Assembly: GCA_902570945.1 (NCBI GenBank)
Contig: CACGAJ010000001.1
Coordinates: 3,256-67,255 of the forward strand
DNA length: 64,000 bases
Reading direction: 5' to 3'
Origin: an uncultured Synechococcaceae cyanobacterium
Lineage (GTDB): Bacteria; Cyanobacteriota; Cyanobacteriia; PCC-6307; Cyanobiaceae
The first letter of the stretch is position 1. The number at the start of each line of letters is the position of its first letter. The notes under the pieces are model-generated. The model made no database searches. It was not told the DNA's origin and saw only the letters and a list, made by a program, of their open reading frames with translations. The translations under genes were made by a program, and so were the position numbers. Shown here in pieces: positions 44,466-54,570 of this stretch.

Positions 44466-44732
44466 TTATAAGAAGGTTTGTGTAAATAAATTCTCCCATT
44501 TAGAAAGTTCTTCAGAACCTTTTCTTCTAGCTTTTTGTAGGTTTAATTCGGCCTGATTACGGGCATCTAAATAGGGGATAACTTCAAAAAAAACTTCTCT
44601 TTGTCGTATTTCTACCAAAAAAAACATTTTTTGTGCATATAAAGTCGCATAAATATCTCTTCCATCACTTCCAGGAGAGACTTGGTACAACATGCCAAAT
44701 GTTGGATGGTTTAAATAACGCTCAGAACTCAA
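44466..44732 (-). CDS. pipX: PII-interacting protein X
   Basis: YLNHPTFGMLY, ATLYAQKMFFLV. Confidence 0.96.
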   Translation of the reverse strand: MSSERYLNHPTFGMLYQVSPGSDGRDIYATLYAQKMFFLVEIRQREVFFEVIPYLDARNQAELNLQKARRKGSEELSKWENLFTQTFL

Positions 44733-44750
44733 ACTTAAATATTGTGTTAT

Positions 44751-45665
44751 TTATAATGCACCATACAGTTTTCTTAGAAAAATTGCTATGCAAATAAAAC
44801 ATATCGATAATGTATTAACAATTACATTGAGAGATTTTGAAGGAGTAGGAGTTCGAAATCTATTTATATTTATAATAATTTCTCTTTTTGAGAGCAATGA
44901 TTCTGCTCCTTGATCAATTCTCAGAAATATATTTTGAAATAATCTTTCCAGTAAGACTAATAAAACATTGAAGGATTTCTTTAATCCTAAATTTCGAAAA
45001 TTTATTGATCTAACTGATACTGATTTAATTAAATTTTGAAATTCTTCTTGCACTAGAGGGATAAAACGTAATGCAATTAATAACTGAAAAAGCCACTTAC
45101 TAATTGGTAAACCAATCTTTCTCAAAGGATACATAAACCAACTTAATCCCCATATAATTTCTTCTTGCAATGTGGTCAAAAGCATCAAATTAACACTATG
45201 AATAACGGTAAATATCAAAGTGGAGGTTTTAATTCCTAGTTCAAAGGCTTTTCTTGATAAGTTATAGGGACCAAAATTTATAAACCATATCTTATGGGCA
45301 GGAATTTGCAAAATATTCCATTCTTTATAACTTTCCAGTACTACTTGCAATTCGTTGGGATTTCTTAAGTAGCCATCAAGAGATTGAACATCAGAAGAGG
45401 CAAATATTGAAATACATCCAATTAATAGCGATAAACATGAGAGAAAAAATAATGATCGCCACCATACTCTAGATGGCAATAAACTTAAAAAAGTAATTAA
45501 TACTAAAGAACCAACTAAACTCAATCTCCAAATTGGGCCAGCCCAAATTGGAGAGATTAAAAATATCATTACAATGATTATTTTTAATCTGCTATCTATA
45601 ATTCTCAGCCAACTTTTATTGCCATAAACGTATTGTCCAACAGAAAATTTGGTTAGAAAATTCAT
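44751..45665 (-). CDS. ECF transporter transmembrane component (CbiQ/EcfT)
   Basis: GQY...S.L..ID.RLK, ALRFIP.V.EE. Confidence 0.85.
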   Translation of the reverse strand: MNFLTKFSVGQYVYGNKSWLRIIDSRLKIIIVMIFLISPIWAGPIWRLSLVGSLVLITFLSLLPSRVWWRSLFFLSCLSLLIGCISIFASSDVQSLDGYLRNPNELQVVLESYKEWNILQIPAHKIWFINFGPYNLSRKAFELGIKTSTLIFTVIHSVNLMLLTTLQEEIIWGLSWFMYPLRKIGLPISKWLFQLLIALRFIPLVQEEFQNLIKSVSVRSINFRNLGLKKSFNVLLVLLERLFQNIFLRIDQGAESLLSKREIIININRFRTPTPSKSLNVIVNTLSICFICIAIFLRKLYGAL

Positions 45666-47038
45666 TAATCTTTTTGAATTAACTCAATATTTTCCCTTTC
45701 GACTTCTTTATTTAATGCTCTTTGCTGCTTCCCTCTCCAAAGTAAAATGAGAGGAGTACCTTCAAACCCTAAATTTACTCTAATTTGTTTTTCAATATAT
45801 CTTCGATAAGTAATTCCGAATAATTTAGGGTCATTTACAAAAAGAGTAAAAGTTGGAGGTTTATTTTTTACTTGAGTACCGTAATAAAGCCTACCTTGCT
45901 TACCGCTTCTTTTCGTTGGAGGACTTTTCCAACTAATTGATTCTTTGAGCACTTCATTAACCACAGATGTGGTAACTCTTCTTCTGTGTTGACTTACAGC
46001 ATTAAGAGCATGCTCAAAAATATTTTCAACTCTTTGACCAGTTAGGGCAGATATAAAAATCATTTTTGACCAGTGTAAAAAATAAAGTTTAGATCTAAGT
46101 TCTTTTTCTACTTGATAAATTGTTGAACTATTTTTTTCTACAAGATCCCATTTATTAACAACTATTATACAAGCTCTGCCTTGTTCTTCTATGCGCCCAG
46201 CCAGCTTCTGGTCTTGATCAGTTACTCCATCTATAGCATCTATAACTAAAACACAAACATCACTTCTATCTATAGATTTAAAAGCCCTATTAATACCAAA
46301 GAATTCAGTGCCATATTTAACATTTTTCTTTCTTCTAATCCCTGCAGTATCAATAATTTTCCAATGATTATCACCTTTTTTAATAAGCGTATCTATTGAA
46401 TCAGTTGTCGTACCACTAATATCACTAACTATTGCTCTTTTTTCTCCGCAGATTGAATTTAACAAACTAGATTTACCAACATTAGGCCTACCAATAATTG
46501 ACATCATTATCTTTTCTTCGTCATCCTGAATGATATTTTCAGGAAGTTGGCCAATAACGAGATCCAAAAGATCTCCAGTACCTGAACCATGAATAGCCGA
46601 AACAGGGTTGGGTTCGCCCAATCCTAATTTCCAGAACTCTGAAGCCAAGGATATTCCAAGAGTAGTCGATTCACATTTATTAACAGCAACAATTGTTTTA
46701 CAGCTTGAGTTTCTTAACCATTTTGCTATTGATAAATCACCATCAGTAACGCCTTGATTCCCATCTACCACCAGTAACGCGAGTGAAGCCTCTTCTAGAG
46801 CCAAGAAAACTTGTGTCCTTATCTCAGGGAGAAATTCACTATCATCATCAAAAACTAAACCTCCAGTATCAACTATTTGAAATTCCTTACCTCCCCATGA
46901 AGCATTTTGATAAGTTCTATCTCTCGTAACACCAGGCTTATCAAATACTATTGCATCATTACTTTGGCAAAGACGATTAACTAAGGTAGATTTCCCAACG
47001 TTAGGTCTTCCGATAATTGCTATTGTAGGAAGAATCAA
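45665..47038 (-). CDS. der: Ribosome biogenesis GTPase Der
   Basis: Two GRPNVGKS G-domains, DTGG/DTAG, KH-like C-terminus. Confidence 0.98.
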   Translation of the reverse strand: MILPTIAIIGRPNVGKSTLVNRLCQSNDAIVFDKPGVTRDRTYQNASWGGKEFQIVDTGGLVFDDDSEFLPEIRTQVFLALEEASLALLVVDGNQGVTDGDLSIAKWLRNSSCKTIVAVNKCESTTLGISLASEFWKLGLGEPNPVSAIHGSGTGDLLDLVIGQLPENIIQDDEEKIMMSIIGRPNVGKSSLLNSICGEKRAIVSDISGTTTDSIDTLIKKGDNHWKIIDTAGIRRKKNVKYGTEFFGINRAFKSIDRSDVCVLVIDAIDGVTDQDQKLAGRIEEQGRACIIVVNKWDLVEKNSSTIYQVEKELRSKLYFLHWSKMIFISALTGQRVENIFEHALNAVSQHRRRVTTSVVNEVLKESISWKSPPTKRSGKQGRLYYGTQVKNKPPTFTLFVNDPKLFGITYRRYIEKQIRVNLGFEGTPLILLWRGKQQRALNKEVERENIELIQKD

Positions 47039-47112
47039 TTCTTCTCTCCAAAGAAAGTAGTATCCATTACAACTATACCTTTAATAGAATCATTTACCTT
47101 TCTCAAAAAAAC

Positions 47113-47598
47113 TTATTTAATTTCTGGATCGCCAAAATGTCCTTTAACTGGATTAACAGGGGGTGAACTAAGACTTGGCATTAATCCATTATCTTTTGAG
47201 AAACAATCATTTTCAATCGCCCAATAAATTAACCAATTTACTGCAGTCGCTCTTCTAGTTCTTCTTGGATAGAGTTCATTTATCTTATAACCTTTAAAAT
47301 TGAGAAAATTTTTCAATCCCTGTTTATATTCTTTTGGAATTGATCGAGTCAAATGTATTGAGGCTGGTCGCTCTGAAATGATTTGAGGAGCTTTTTCAAA
47401 TTTTTCTGACCAATAAGAAGGAGTTAATGCGCTAAAGGTCCAATTATTAATAGAGAGTTCTTTAGTATAAAAAAGTCTTTCCCAAACTAATTCACAAACA
47501 AATACGTCACTAACTTTATCTTCAAGAACAAGAAACAATAGATCCTTACATATTGGCCATGCAAATTGATTTTCAACTAATTTTTCTTTTTTATACAT
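47113..47598 (-). CDS. DUF1823-family protein
   Basis: RPASIHLTRSIPKEYKQ.LK..L.FKGY, PRRTRRATAVNWL. Confidence 0.85.
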   Translation of the reverse strand: MYKKEKLVENQFAWPICKDLLFLVLEDKVSDVFVCELVWERLFYTKELSINNWTFSALTPSYWSEKFEKAPQIISERPASIHLTRSIPKEYKQGLKNFLNFKGYKINELYPRRTRRATAVNWLIYWAIENDCFSKDNGLMPSLSSPPVNPVKGHFGDPEIK

Positions 47599-48353
47599 TA
47601 CTCGAACCTTATCAAAATCAAAGAAAAATAAGGCATAAATTCCTTTTTATATTGTGATGCATATTGAATAATTTGATCAGGCATCCCAACACTTAAAGCT
47701 ATTAATGTTGTATTGATGATATCCTCTTTTTTTAAAATTTCCCTGACTAATTTCCATCTTTTGCCAACTTTCATAATGGCCAATACCGTTTTATTTACCT
47801 TACTTTCCCTAATTAGGGTTATTAATTCAGATTCTGAAGAAGGGCATTCTTTGATGATCAATGTCTCCCCTTTTTTTACCAAATCAAAATCATTCAAAGC
47901 AGCTGCTGCTGAAATAGAGGAAATACCAGGTATTGTTTTGGTAATAATTTCAGCATGATTATTTTTTATTAACCTCAAAATATTAGAAGAACTTGCAAAT
48001 AGTGAAGTATCTCCAAGACAAAGTAAAACAACTGATTCGCCATTTTGTATAAATTTCACAATTTTTTCTACAGCATTAGACCATATTTCATCTGGATCAA
48101 AATCCTTCCTTGCCATTGGAAAGATAATAGGGATATTTTTTTTAAATTTGGTGTATTTCTTGACTATTTCCGCAGCGAAACTCTTTTTATTATCATCTGA
48201 TATTGGGAAAACTATAACTTTCGCTTTTTTTATTGCATCCACAGCAGCAATTGTTAAAAGCGATGGATCTCCTGGGCCTACACCAACTATGGTAAATGTT
48301 GGTAAATCAGTTTTATATCGATTAAGTAAACTTAAGAACTTGTTTATTATCAT
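47598..48353 (-). CDS. cobI: Precorrin-2 C20-methyltransferase
   Basis: VGVGPGDP.LLT, FPM, LGD..LF, IPGISS, MKVG, PYFS. Confidence 0.88.
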   Translation of the reverse strand: MIINKFLSLLNRYKTDLPTFTIVGVGPGDPSLLTIAAVDAIKKAKVIVFPISDDNKKSFAAEIVKKYTKFKKNIPIIFPMARKDFDPDEIWSNAVEKIVKFIQNGESVVLLCLGDTSLFASSSNILRLIKNNHAEIITKTIPGISSISAAAALNDFDLVKKGETLIIKECPSSESELITLIRESKVNKTVLAIMKVGKRWKLVREILKKEDIINTTLIALSVGMPDQIIQYASQYKKEFMPYFSLILIRFE

Positions 48354-48368
48354 TTTGTTTTTTTAACT

Positions 48369-48977
48369 TTAGCTATGTACCCGTGGCAATACAAAAGTTT
48401 CGGCTAGTATTGATGACTCAATTTCAGACAATTCCTCTAACCTTTTGAAAGTTTGATTTTTAGAGAATTTAGTTTGCGCTAGTTTCCAGTAAACTCCAAA
48501 ATGTCTTGCCTCACTCTCAAGCAGAGACTCATAAAGGGATTTAAACGATTTATCTTCAGAATTCAGCGCGAGCAAGCTCAATCTTTCATGACTTCTTGCT
48601 TCAATAAGTCCTGCTATTAAGAAACTATCAAGCATTCTATTGGGCTCTTCTTTTCTTATATTCCTGGACAATTCAGCTCCATATGGAGGCGGTTTTAAGG
48701 ACTCAAGAGAATGTCCAAGATCCTTTAAAAAATAAAGAATTTTCTCAAAATGCTCTAATTCCTCTCTCGCTATTGGACTTAGAACTTCTGCCAAATTTGG
48801 TTCTGATGGATATCTAAACATTAATTGAATAGCTACTCCTGCTGCTTTTCTTTCACAATGAGCATGGTCATTAAGAATATCAATTGGATTAGATAATGCG
48901 AGTTTGATCCACTTATCTGAGGTAAATGACGATAAATATTTAATATGAGAAGTGGGCCTTTTAAAATCGATTAGCAT
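48369..48977 (-). CDS. miaE: tRNA ms2i6A37 hydroxylase
   Basis: DHAHCERKAA, EELEHF, IEARSHER, SEARH di-iron motifs. Confidence 0.93.
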   Translation of the reverse strand: MLIDFKRPTSHIKYLSSFTSDKWIKLALSNPIDILNDHAHCERKAAGVAIQLMFRYPSEPNLAEVLSPIAREELEHFEKILYFLKDLGHSLESLKPPPYGAELSRNIRKEEPNRMLDSFLIAGLIEARSHERLSLLALNSEDKSFKSLYESLLESEARHFGVYWKLAQTKFSKNQTFKRLEELSEIESSILAETFVLPRVHS

Positions 48978-49421
48978 TTAATCCTTACTAATTAAATATC
49001 CAATGATTCCTTCAAGAGCTAAGGAATAACTTGATATGCCAAATCCACTAATAATTCCTATAGCTTTATCTGTAAGAAAAGATTCTTTACGAAAATCTTC
49101 TCTACTAAAAATATTTGAAATATGTAACTCTACAAAAGGAATTTTTGATCCAATTAAAGCATCACGAATAGAAATCGAGGTATGAGTAAAAGCGCCAGCA
49201 TTTATAAGAATACCTTGGATACTTTTTACAGACTCATGAATTTTATCTACTATTTCTCCCTCGTGATTACTTTGAAAACATTCAAGATTAATACTTTTTT
49301 CTTTAGCAATTTTAATTAAATCTTTTTCTACATCACTCAATGTTTTATTACCATATATTTCCGGTTCTCTAGTGCCCAAAAGATTTAGATTTGGACCATT
49401 TATCAATAAAATATTCATCAT
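48978..49421 (-). CDS. aroQ: Type II 3-dehydroquinate dehydratase
   Basis: [38 protein letters not shown]; start trimmed to MMNIL. Confidence 0.97.
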   Translation of the reverse strand: MMNILLINGPNLNLLGTREPEIYGNKTLSDVEKDLIKIAKEKSINLECFQSNHEGEIVDKIHESVKSIQGILINAGAFTHTSISIRDALIGSKIPFVELHISNIFSREDFRKESFLTDKAIGIISGFGISSYSLALEGIIGYLISKD

Positions 49422-49520
49422 CAATAAAGTCTTTTCTTTACAAATGCTATCTAGAAAGAAACAAAAAAACCAAAACAATTTCACACAAAGTGTCCATTAA
49501 CTGATAAGTTCAAATAGTGG

Positions 49521-49602
49521 GGGTCGGTGCCCGAGTGGTTAAAGGGGGCGGACTGTAAATCCGCTGGCTCTGCCTACGTTGGTTCAAATCCAACCCGGCC
49601 CA
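49521..49602 (+). tRNA. tRNA-Tyr(GTA)
   Basis: GGGTCGG/CCGGCCC acceptor stem, anticodon loop CTGTAAA, long variable arm, GGTTCAAATCC T-arm. Confidence 0.97.
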
Positions 49603-49612
49603 CTTTAAAATT

Positions 49613-49684
<72 letters not shown>

Positions 49685-49780
49685 TACCCAAAAGCTACTC
49701 TACCGAAAAGGTTTTAAGAGAATCAATTATAAGTTTATAATTATTAGATATGTCTAGATATATCAGGAATATATGCAATC

Positions 49781-49801
49781 CACTCTAATTTCTGCTCTAA
49801 T
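49781..49801 (+). repeat. Left-end paired repeat (putative integrase arm-type site)
   Basis: CACTCTAAT-TTC-TGCTCTAAT; 17/21 identical to 53280-53300. Confidence 0.6.
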
Positions 49802-49853
49802 AGATTCGTCAATCTAAATTTTAAAGTCTCAGATAAAGCTAAATATTTTATAA

Positions 49854-51464
49854 ATGACTTCCCTTCAAAAACAAATAGTCTTTGATGAACCTAATAAACC
49901 TCAAAAAAATGATATTTTCTATTGGACAAAGAAGGATATCAATATTTCCTCCCATATTCTTGATAAATATGCGAAAGATAACGATTTTGTTTTAGACCCT
50001 TTTATGGGCAGCGGCTCAAATCTTTATGGATCTGTCTTATCGAAGAACTCAATAAAATTTATTGGAGCTGAAATAAATGAAATGCCATTTAAAAACTTAC
50101 TAATCAATATAGGTTTAAATAGAGATAAATTAGTTTCTCTAAAAGAAAAAATTAAAATTTTCGAAGAAAAATACAAATATTTGTACACTTACTTGATTGA
50201 TGGAATAAAAGGGGAAGTAATTCTTCAAAAAGCACATGTAAATATAATTAATTCAAAAATTTATCCAAAAGAATTTTTCGTGCTTATTAAAAATAGCAAT
50301 CATATTTTAAAAATAAGCAAAGATGAAAATTCACAATATTTTGATGAGTTCTCAAAAATTTATGCACAAAAGAACTATAAAGAAATTGATTTATCTAAGT
50401 TAGAAAATTATAATCTCATTGAGAATAGTAGAATTGCTATCAATAAAGATTTAAGAATTTCTGACCTATTTAGTCCCGTAAACTATTTCATATTAATTAG
50501 TTTCAAAAATTTTTGTAAAAACAATAATGAGTTAAAATTTTTGTTGTCCCAAGTCTTGCAGCTATGCAAATTTACGGACAAAAAATCACAATCTCAATTT
50601 ATTTTTTGGTTTCCAAAAAAATATGCTGTAGACAGAAATATTATTCAAACTTTCAAAAAAAAGCTCTTATCAATAGAAAAAAAAGTATTTTCGAATGAGG
50701 CTTCATTAGATAATTTAATTTGTTCAAGATTCGATGAACTTGAAACTACTAAAAACTCATTATTTCTTATCAATAAACCGTTTCAGTCAGTAAATAATAA
50801 GGAGATCCCTGACCAAAGTATAGATTTAGTTTTTACAGATCCTCCCTATTTTGATCAAATACCTTTTTCTGAGTATCTAGAGCTTTGGAAATTTTTTCTA
50901 AACTATAAAAATAATCTTTCAAAAGAAGTAGTTCAATCAAATAGAAAAGAAAAAAGCATGAACAGGGATAAATATTTAAATAATTTATATTTAGTATTCA
51001 AAAACGTATCTAAAAAACTTAAAGAAAAAAAATATGCTCTTATCTATTTTAAGGATACTAATTTTGTAAATCTGCAGGATTTTATTTTTACTCTCAGTAA
51101 ATGTAATTTATATTTTAAGGACATAATTCATGTCCCAAGAAATATCAAAACATATAAGCAAAATAATTCTTCTGAATCAACCTTAACAGGTGAAAGTATA
51201 TTTATATTTCAAAAATTAGTTTCACAAAAAAATTTATTTTCAATAAATATTAATCAAGAAAATAATGAGAATTACATTAATAATTTTATTGAAAGTTATT
51301 TAGTCAAAAATGATAGACCAAGCCTAAGTCAAATATTGGATGATGGTTTACTGAAGATTTTGATCAAAAAAGATGCTCTAAAAAAAATTAAAAATATAAA
51401 TCAACTTAAGAAAATAATTAAAAAAGAATTTTTCATTGATAAAAATAATCACATATCCAAATGA
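49854..51464 (+). CDS. DNA amino-methyltransferase M1 (alpha-type motif order)
   Basis: Motif I VLDPFMGSG near the N-terminus, motif IV FTDPPY later, long intervening region. Confidence 0.88.
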   Translation: MTSLQKQIVFDEPNKPQKNDIFYWTKKDINISSHILDKYAKDNDFVLDPFMGSGSNLYGSVLSKNSIKFIGAEINEMPFKNLLINIGLNRDKLVSLKEKIKIFEEKYKYLYTYLIDGIKGEVILQKAHVNIINSKIYPKEFFVLIKNSNHILKISKDENSQYFDEFSKIYAQKNYKEIDLSKLENYNLIENSRIAINKDLRISDLFSPVNYFILISFKNFCKNNNELKFLLSQVLQLCKFTDKKSQSQFIFWFPKKYAVDRNIIQTFKKKLLSIEKKVFSNEASLDNLICSRFDELETTKNSLFLINKPFQSVNNKEIPDQSIDLVFTDPPYFDQIPFSEYLELWKFFLNYKNNLSKEVVQSNRKEKSMNRDKYLNNLYLVFKNVSKKLKEKKYALIYFKDTNFVNLQDFIFTLSKCNLYFKDIIHVPRNIKTYKQNNSSESTLTGESIFIFQKLVSQKNLFSININQENNENYINNFIESYLVKNDRPSLSQILDDGLLKILIKKDALKKIKNINQLKKIIKKEFFIDKNNHISK

Positions 51465-52246
51465 TCGAAATAAATAAAATATTTCTCGACGATTGCATTA
51501 GTAAAATGAAAAGATTTCCAGATAATTCATTTGATCATTGCATTACAGACCCTCCATATAATATTTCTGGTTACGATAATAAAAAGGAGATTGGATGGTA
51601 CAAATCAAATGATTTATGGAAAGGAGATAAGAAATTTAAAAAAATTGAGGAGAAATGGGACAAATTCAATGATAAAGATTATTTAGATTTTTCCATAGAA
51701 TGGATTAGTGAAATAAAACGTTTGGTCAAAGAGAATGGAAATATTATGATATTTGGAACTTATCACAACATATACAAAATCGGTTTTTTATTAGAAGAAT
51801 TAGACCTTAAGATAAATAATTCAATTATTTGGTACAAGAGAAATGCTTTTCCAAATATTACCCAAAGATTATTTTGTGAGAGCACTGAACAAATAGTTTG
51901 GGCAGTTAATAATTCTCGAAAAAAAGCAAAAAATTGGGTTTTCAACTACAAACAACTTAAAGAAATGACAATAAATAAAAAACAAATGAGAAACATGTGG
52001 GATATACCTATGACTAAATTATCTGAAAAAAAATACGGTAAGCACCCGTCACAGAAACCTGAAGAAGTTATTGAAAGACTTATTCTTGGTTGCACGAATA
52101 AGAATGATCTAATTATTGATCCTTTTTCAGGGAGTGGTACAATCCCTTACGTAGCTAAATTGCATAAAAGGAGATTCATTGGGATAGAGAATAATGAAAC
52201 CTATCACAAGCAATCTCTTTTGAGAATTAATGAATTAGGTAACTAA
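51461..52246 (+). CDS. DNA amino-methyltransferase M2 (beta-type, N6/N4)
   Basis: ITDPPY at the N-terminus, HPSQKP, IIDPFSGSGT at the C-terminus; ATGA overlap with M1. Confidence 0.93.
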   Translation: MIEINKIFLDDCISKMKRFPDNSFDHCITDPPYNISGYDNKKEIGWYKSNDLWKGDKKFKKIEEKWDKFNDKDYLDFSIEWISEIKRLVKENGNIMIFGTYHNIYKIGFLLEELDLKINNSIIWYKRNAFPNITQRLFCESTEQIVWAVNNSRKKAKNWVFNYKQLKEMTINKKQMRNMWDIPMTKLSEKKYGKHPSQKPEEVIERLILGCTNKNDLIIDPFSGSGTIPYVAKLHKRRFIGIENNETYHKQSLLRINELGN

Positions 52247-53235
52247 AATAATTTGCTAGATTGAAGATACTTTAAATCTCCCTTTGATAAAGATATTTGT
52301 TTTCTTCGAATTTCTTTATTTTGAATTTTTAATTTATTCATCTTATTTTTTAACTTTTCTTTTATGAAAGGGACTGCAATTTGTGGCTTAACACTAAATA
52401 TTGCTTTAACCAAAAAATTTTCTTTATCTACTACAGCAAGAATTATTGCTGCGTCATTATAATATTTATCTAATACTTCATTTGATATATCTTGAAAATT
52501 CCAAGAAAAACTTTTGCTAACTTTGTATTCATAACTATTACCAAATTCATCATAAGCATCATGGGCCCCTTGTCTTCCACCCTGCTCAGAATTAACTTTA
52601 TGACCAAGTTGATAAGCTATAAATATTTCCCAAAATTTATTACTAGTAAGTGAATTTTTTACTCCAGTTAGCTTTTCTAATGCTGCTGTGATATCAAATA
52701 TTTCTTTGAGATACATCTGATATTTTTGTAGATAATTATTTTTGACAAATATTTTCTCGCTACTTACTAAAAATCTTTTTATTTGATTTTCAGAGATATT
52801 TATCATTTTCCTATTATTTTTTATACTTTTTGTTGCCTCAACTAGATAATTCCCTACATCTATTCCTTCAATTTGATAGTACCAATCAAATATAGGAGGA
52901 TAATTCTCATCATTGATATGTGCAAATATTAAACGGTATTCATTATCAATAAGTCCTTTAATAGTATTTTCACTGTAGTCATTAAAAGTCCAGCTATGAT
53001 TTGAACTTAGTTTCTTAAAATGTTTATATTCATATTTAATATTGTTATTATCGATAGCATCTCTGGAACCAGAGTGCCCTGGAATTAAATTATGGGATAA
53101 ACCATTAGCGATTATGATCTCATAAACCTTACTATTACTCCAAAGATCATTAACACCTTGCTCCTTATAAAACGTTGTTTGTAAACTTTTCATCCTTTCA
53201 ATTAAGATATTCAATTTATTTGATAAATTTTCCAT
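52243..53235 (-). CDS. Type II restriction endonuclease with two tandem PvuII-like PD-(D/E)XK domains
   Basis: Internal duplication: RDAIDNNNIKYEYK...SWTFND and HDAYDEFGNSYEYK...SWNFQD, each resembling PvuII GNDAVDNAGQEYELK; convergent with the two MTases. Confidence 0.8.
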   Translation of the reverse strand: MENLSNKLNILIERMKSLQTTFYKEQGVNDLWSNSKVYEIIIANGLSHNLIPGHSGSRDAIDNNNIKYEYKHFKKLSSNHSWTFNDYSENTIKGLIDNEYRLIFAHINDENYPPIFDWYYQIEGIDVGNYLVEATKSIKNNRKMINISENQIKRFLVSSEKIFVKNNYLQKYQMYLKEIFDITAALEKLTGVKNSLTSNKFWEIFIAYQLGHKVNSEQGGRQGAHDAYDEFGNSYEYKVSKSFSWNFQDISNEVLDKYYNDAAIILAVVDKENFLVKAIFSVKPQIAVPFIKEKLKNKMNKLKIQNKEIRRKQISLSKGDLKYLQSSKLF

Positions 53236-53279
53236 CTCTATTAAAGAAATTTATAAAGGCACATATTAAGCATGATATC

Positions 53280-53300
53280 TGCTCTAATTTTCGCTCTAAT
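53280..53300 (+). repeat. Right-end paired repeat (putative integrase arm-type site)
   Basis: TGCTCTAAT-TTT-CGCTCTAAT, same orientation and 12-bp period as 49781-49801. Confidence 0.6.
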
Positions 53301-53358
53301 CCGTTTATATTTAGTAATAATTAGTATAAAAAGCAGTCGTGGCAGGCGATTTCAAAAG

Positions 53359-53412
53359 AGAGCAATTCTCTTAGTAAGGGGGAGGTCTCGGGTTCAAGTC
53401 CCAACGAGGTCA
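53359..53412 (+). repeat. Degenerate copy of the tRNA-Thr 3' part (attR-like)
   Basis: Aligns to 49632-49684 with 6 substitutions and 1 indel; perfect 21-bp core GAGGTCTCGGGTTCAAGTCCC (53382-53402 = 49654-49674). Confidence 0.92.
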
Positions 53413-53500
53413 CTTGAGCATTTGATTAATATCACAGGGATCTCGTAGATCAGAATTTTAACTAGAATTCAAATATATTTAACATAATTTGTCTTTAGTA

Positions 53501-53692
53501 ATGCCACTATCGTCATACCGGATGCACAAAATATATATTGCAGCAACCATGAATTATGGTCTTGGTTCTGATGATCCAGAGGAGTTAGCCTACTACAACA
53601 AAATCAGAAAAGAGATGGATGATATGAAAAAAGACTCAGTAAAAAAAGGGATACCCCTAAATTGGGATACCCCAGACAGAATGGATAAATGA
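53501..53692 (+). CDS. Hypothetical protein
   Basis: ORF in the track (TTG 53489); several possible ATG starts; protein-like composition. Confidence 0.55.
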   Translation: MPLSSYRMHKIYIAATMNYGLGSDDPEELAYYNKIRKEMDDMKKDSVKKGIPLNWDTPDRMDK

Positions 53693-53787
53693 ACCTGAAT
53701 ACTTTTTTATTAATTGAGGGAGTCTGATGCTTATTAGTCAACCTTTGCTGATGATTCTTAAAGGCAAATAGAAGATTACCTAAGTCA

Positions 53788-54570
53788 TCACTTAACCGCA
53801 AAAGTCACTCCCATAACAGCTGTGATATCTTTCTTGATAGTTGAAGTGTCATAAGAACCCCAGCTGCTTACCTTCGTGGAATTCGGAACAGTTATCTGAA
53901 AAACTCCAGTATTAACTGTCTTAACACCACCCACTACAGATCCTGTCTGAAGAGCAATCGCCTCAGCTCTGATTCTCGCATCTTTTGCAGCCTTAGCGAG
54001 CATATCAACTCTTTTATCAGCCAGCTTCGAATAGGTAAATTCAGGAGAGCTTGGGCTAACAAGAACACCATCACCAAGTAGTTCAGTTATCTTGCTGTGG
54101 GTCTTTTGAATACGATGAACATCATTACTTAGAATTTCAATACTCTGATAGGTGATCCATTCGGTTCTTATGATTTCATTTGTCTTGGGATTCTTGGTTT
54201 CATATTCACTTATACTTGCCGGTCCAAGATAAACTTCGTGTTTAATGCCATCTTCAATTCCATTTGCTTTAAGGAAATCCGTAGTCTTTTTCATTGAATC
54301 CTTATGCTTATTAAATGAGTCGATCTGAGAATTTCCAGCAGCTCTAACCTGAACGGACCATTTAGCAATATCACTCTCAAAACTTTCGGTACTTGCACCG
54401 GTAACAGTGATGGTATTCTCAACCATCCTGAACCCTCTCACAAGGACTGTAGAGGCACCTATAAATCCTCCGAAAGATAAGACAGCCATTGCGAAAACAA
54501 GTGGTGGGGTGCGGCGTATAACACCCAGAGAATCACCTGGCAGCGACCTGAGTCTCTTAATAATTTTCAT
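53788..54570 (-). CDS. SIMPL (DUF541) domain periplasmic protein
   Basis: N-terminal TM, ITVTGAS, D.A.W, A.KDA..RAE.IA, GVFQI, K.I.AV..V.F. Confidence 0.85.
   Translation of the reverse strand: MKIIKRLRSLPGDSLGVIRRTPPLVFAMAVLSFGGFIGASTVLVRGFRMVENTITVTGASTESFESDIAKWSVQVRAAGNSQIDSFNKHKDSMKKTTDFLKANGIEDGIKHEVYLGPASISEYETKNPKTNEIIRTEWITYQSIEILSNDVHRIQKTHSKITELLGDGVLVSPSSPEFTYSKLADKRVDMLAKAAKDARIRAEAIALQTGSVVGGVKTVNTGVFQITVPNSTKVSSWGSYDTSTIKKDITAVMGVTFAVK

Noticed and set aside
53359-53412. A third tRNA gene (Thr-AGT)
   Set aside because: No 5' acceptor strand or D-arm; it is an att-type fragment
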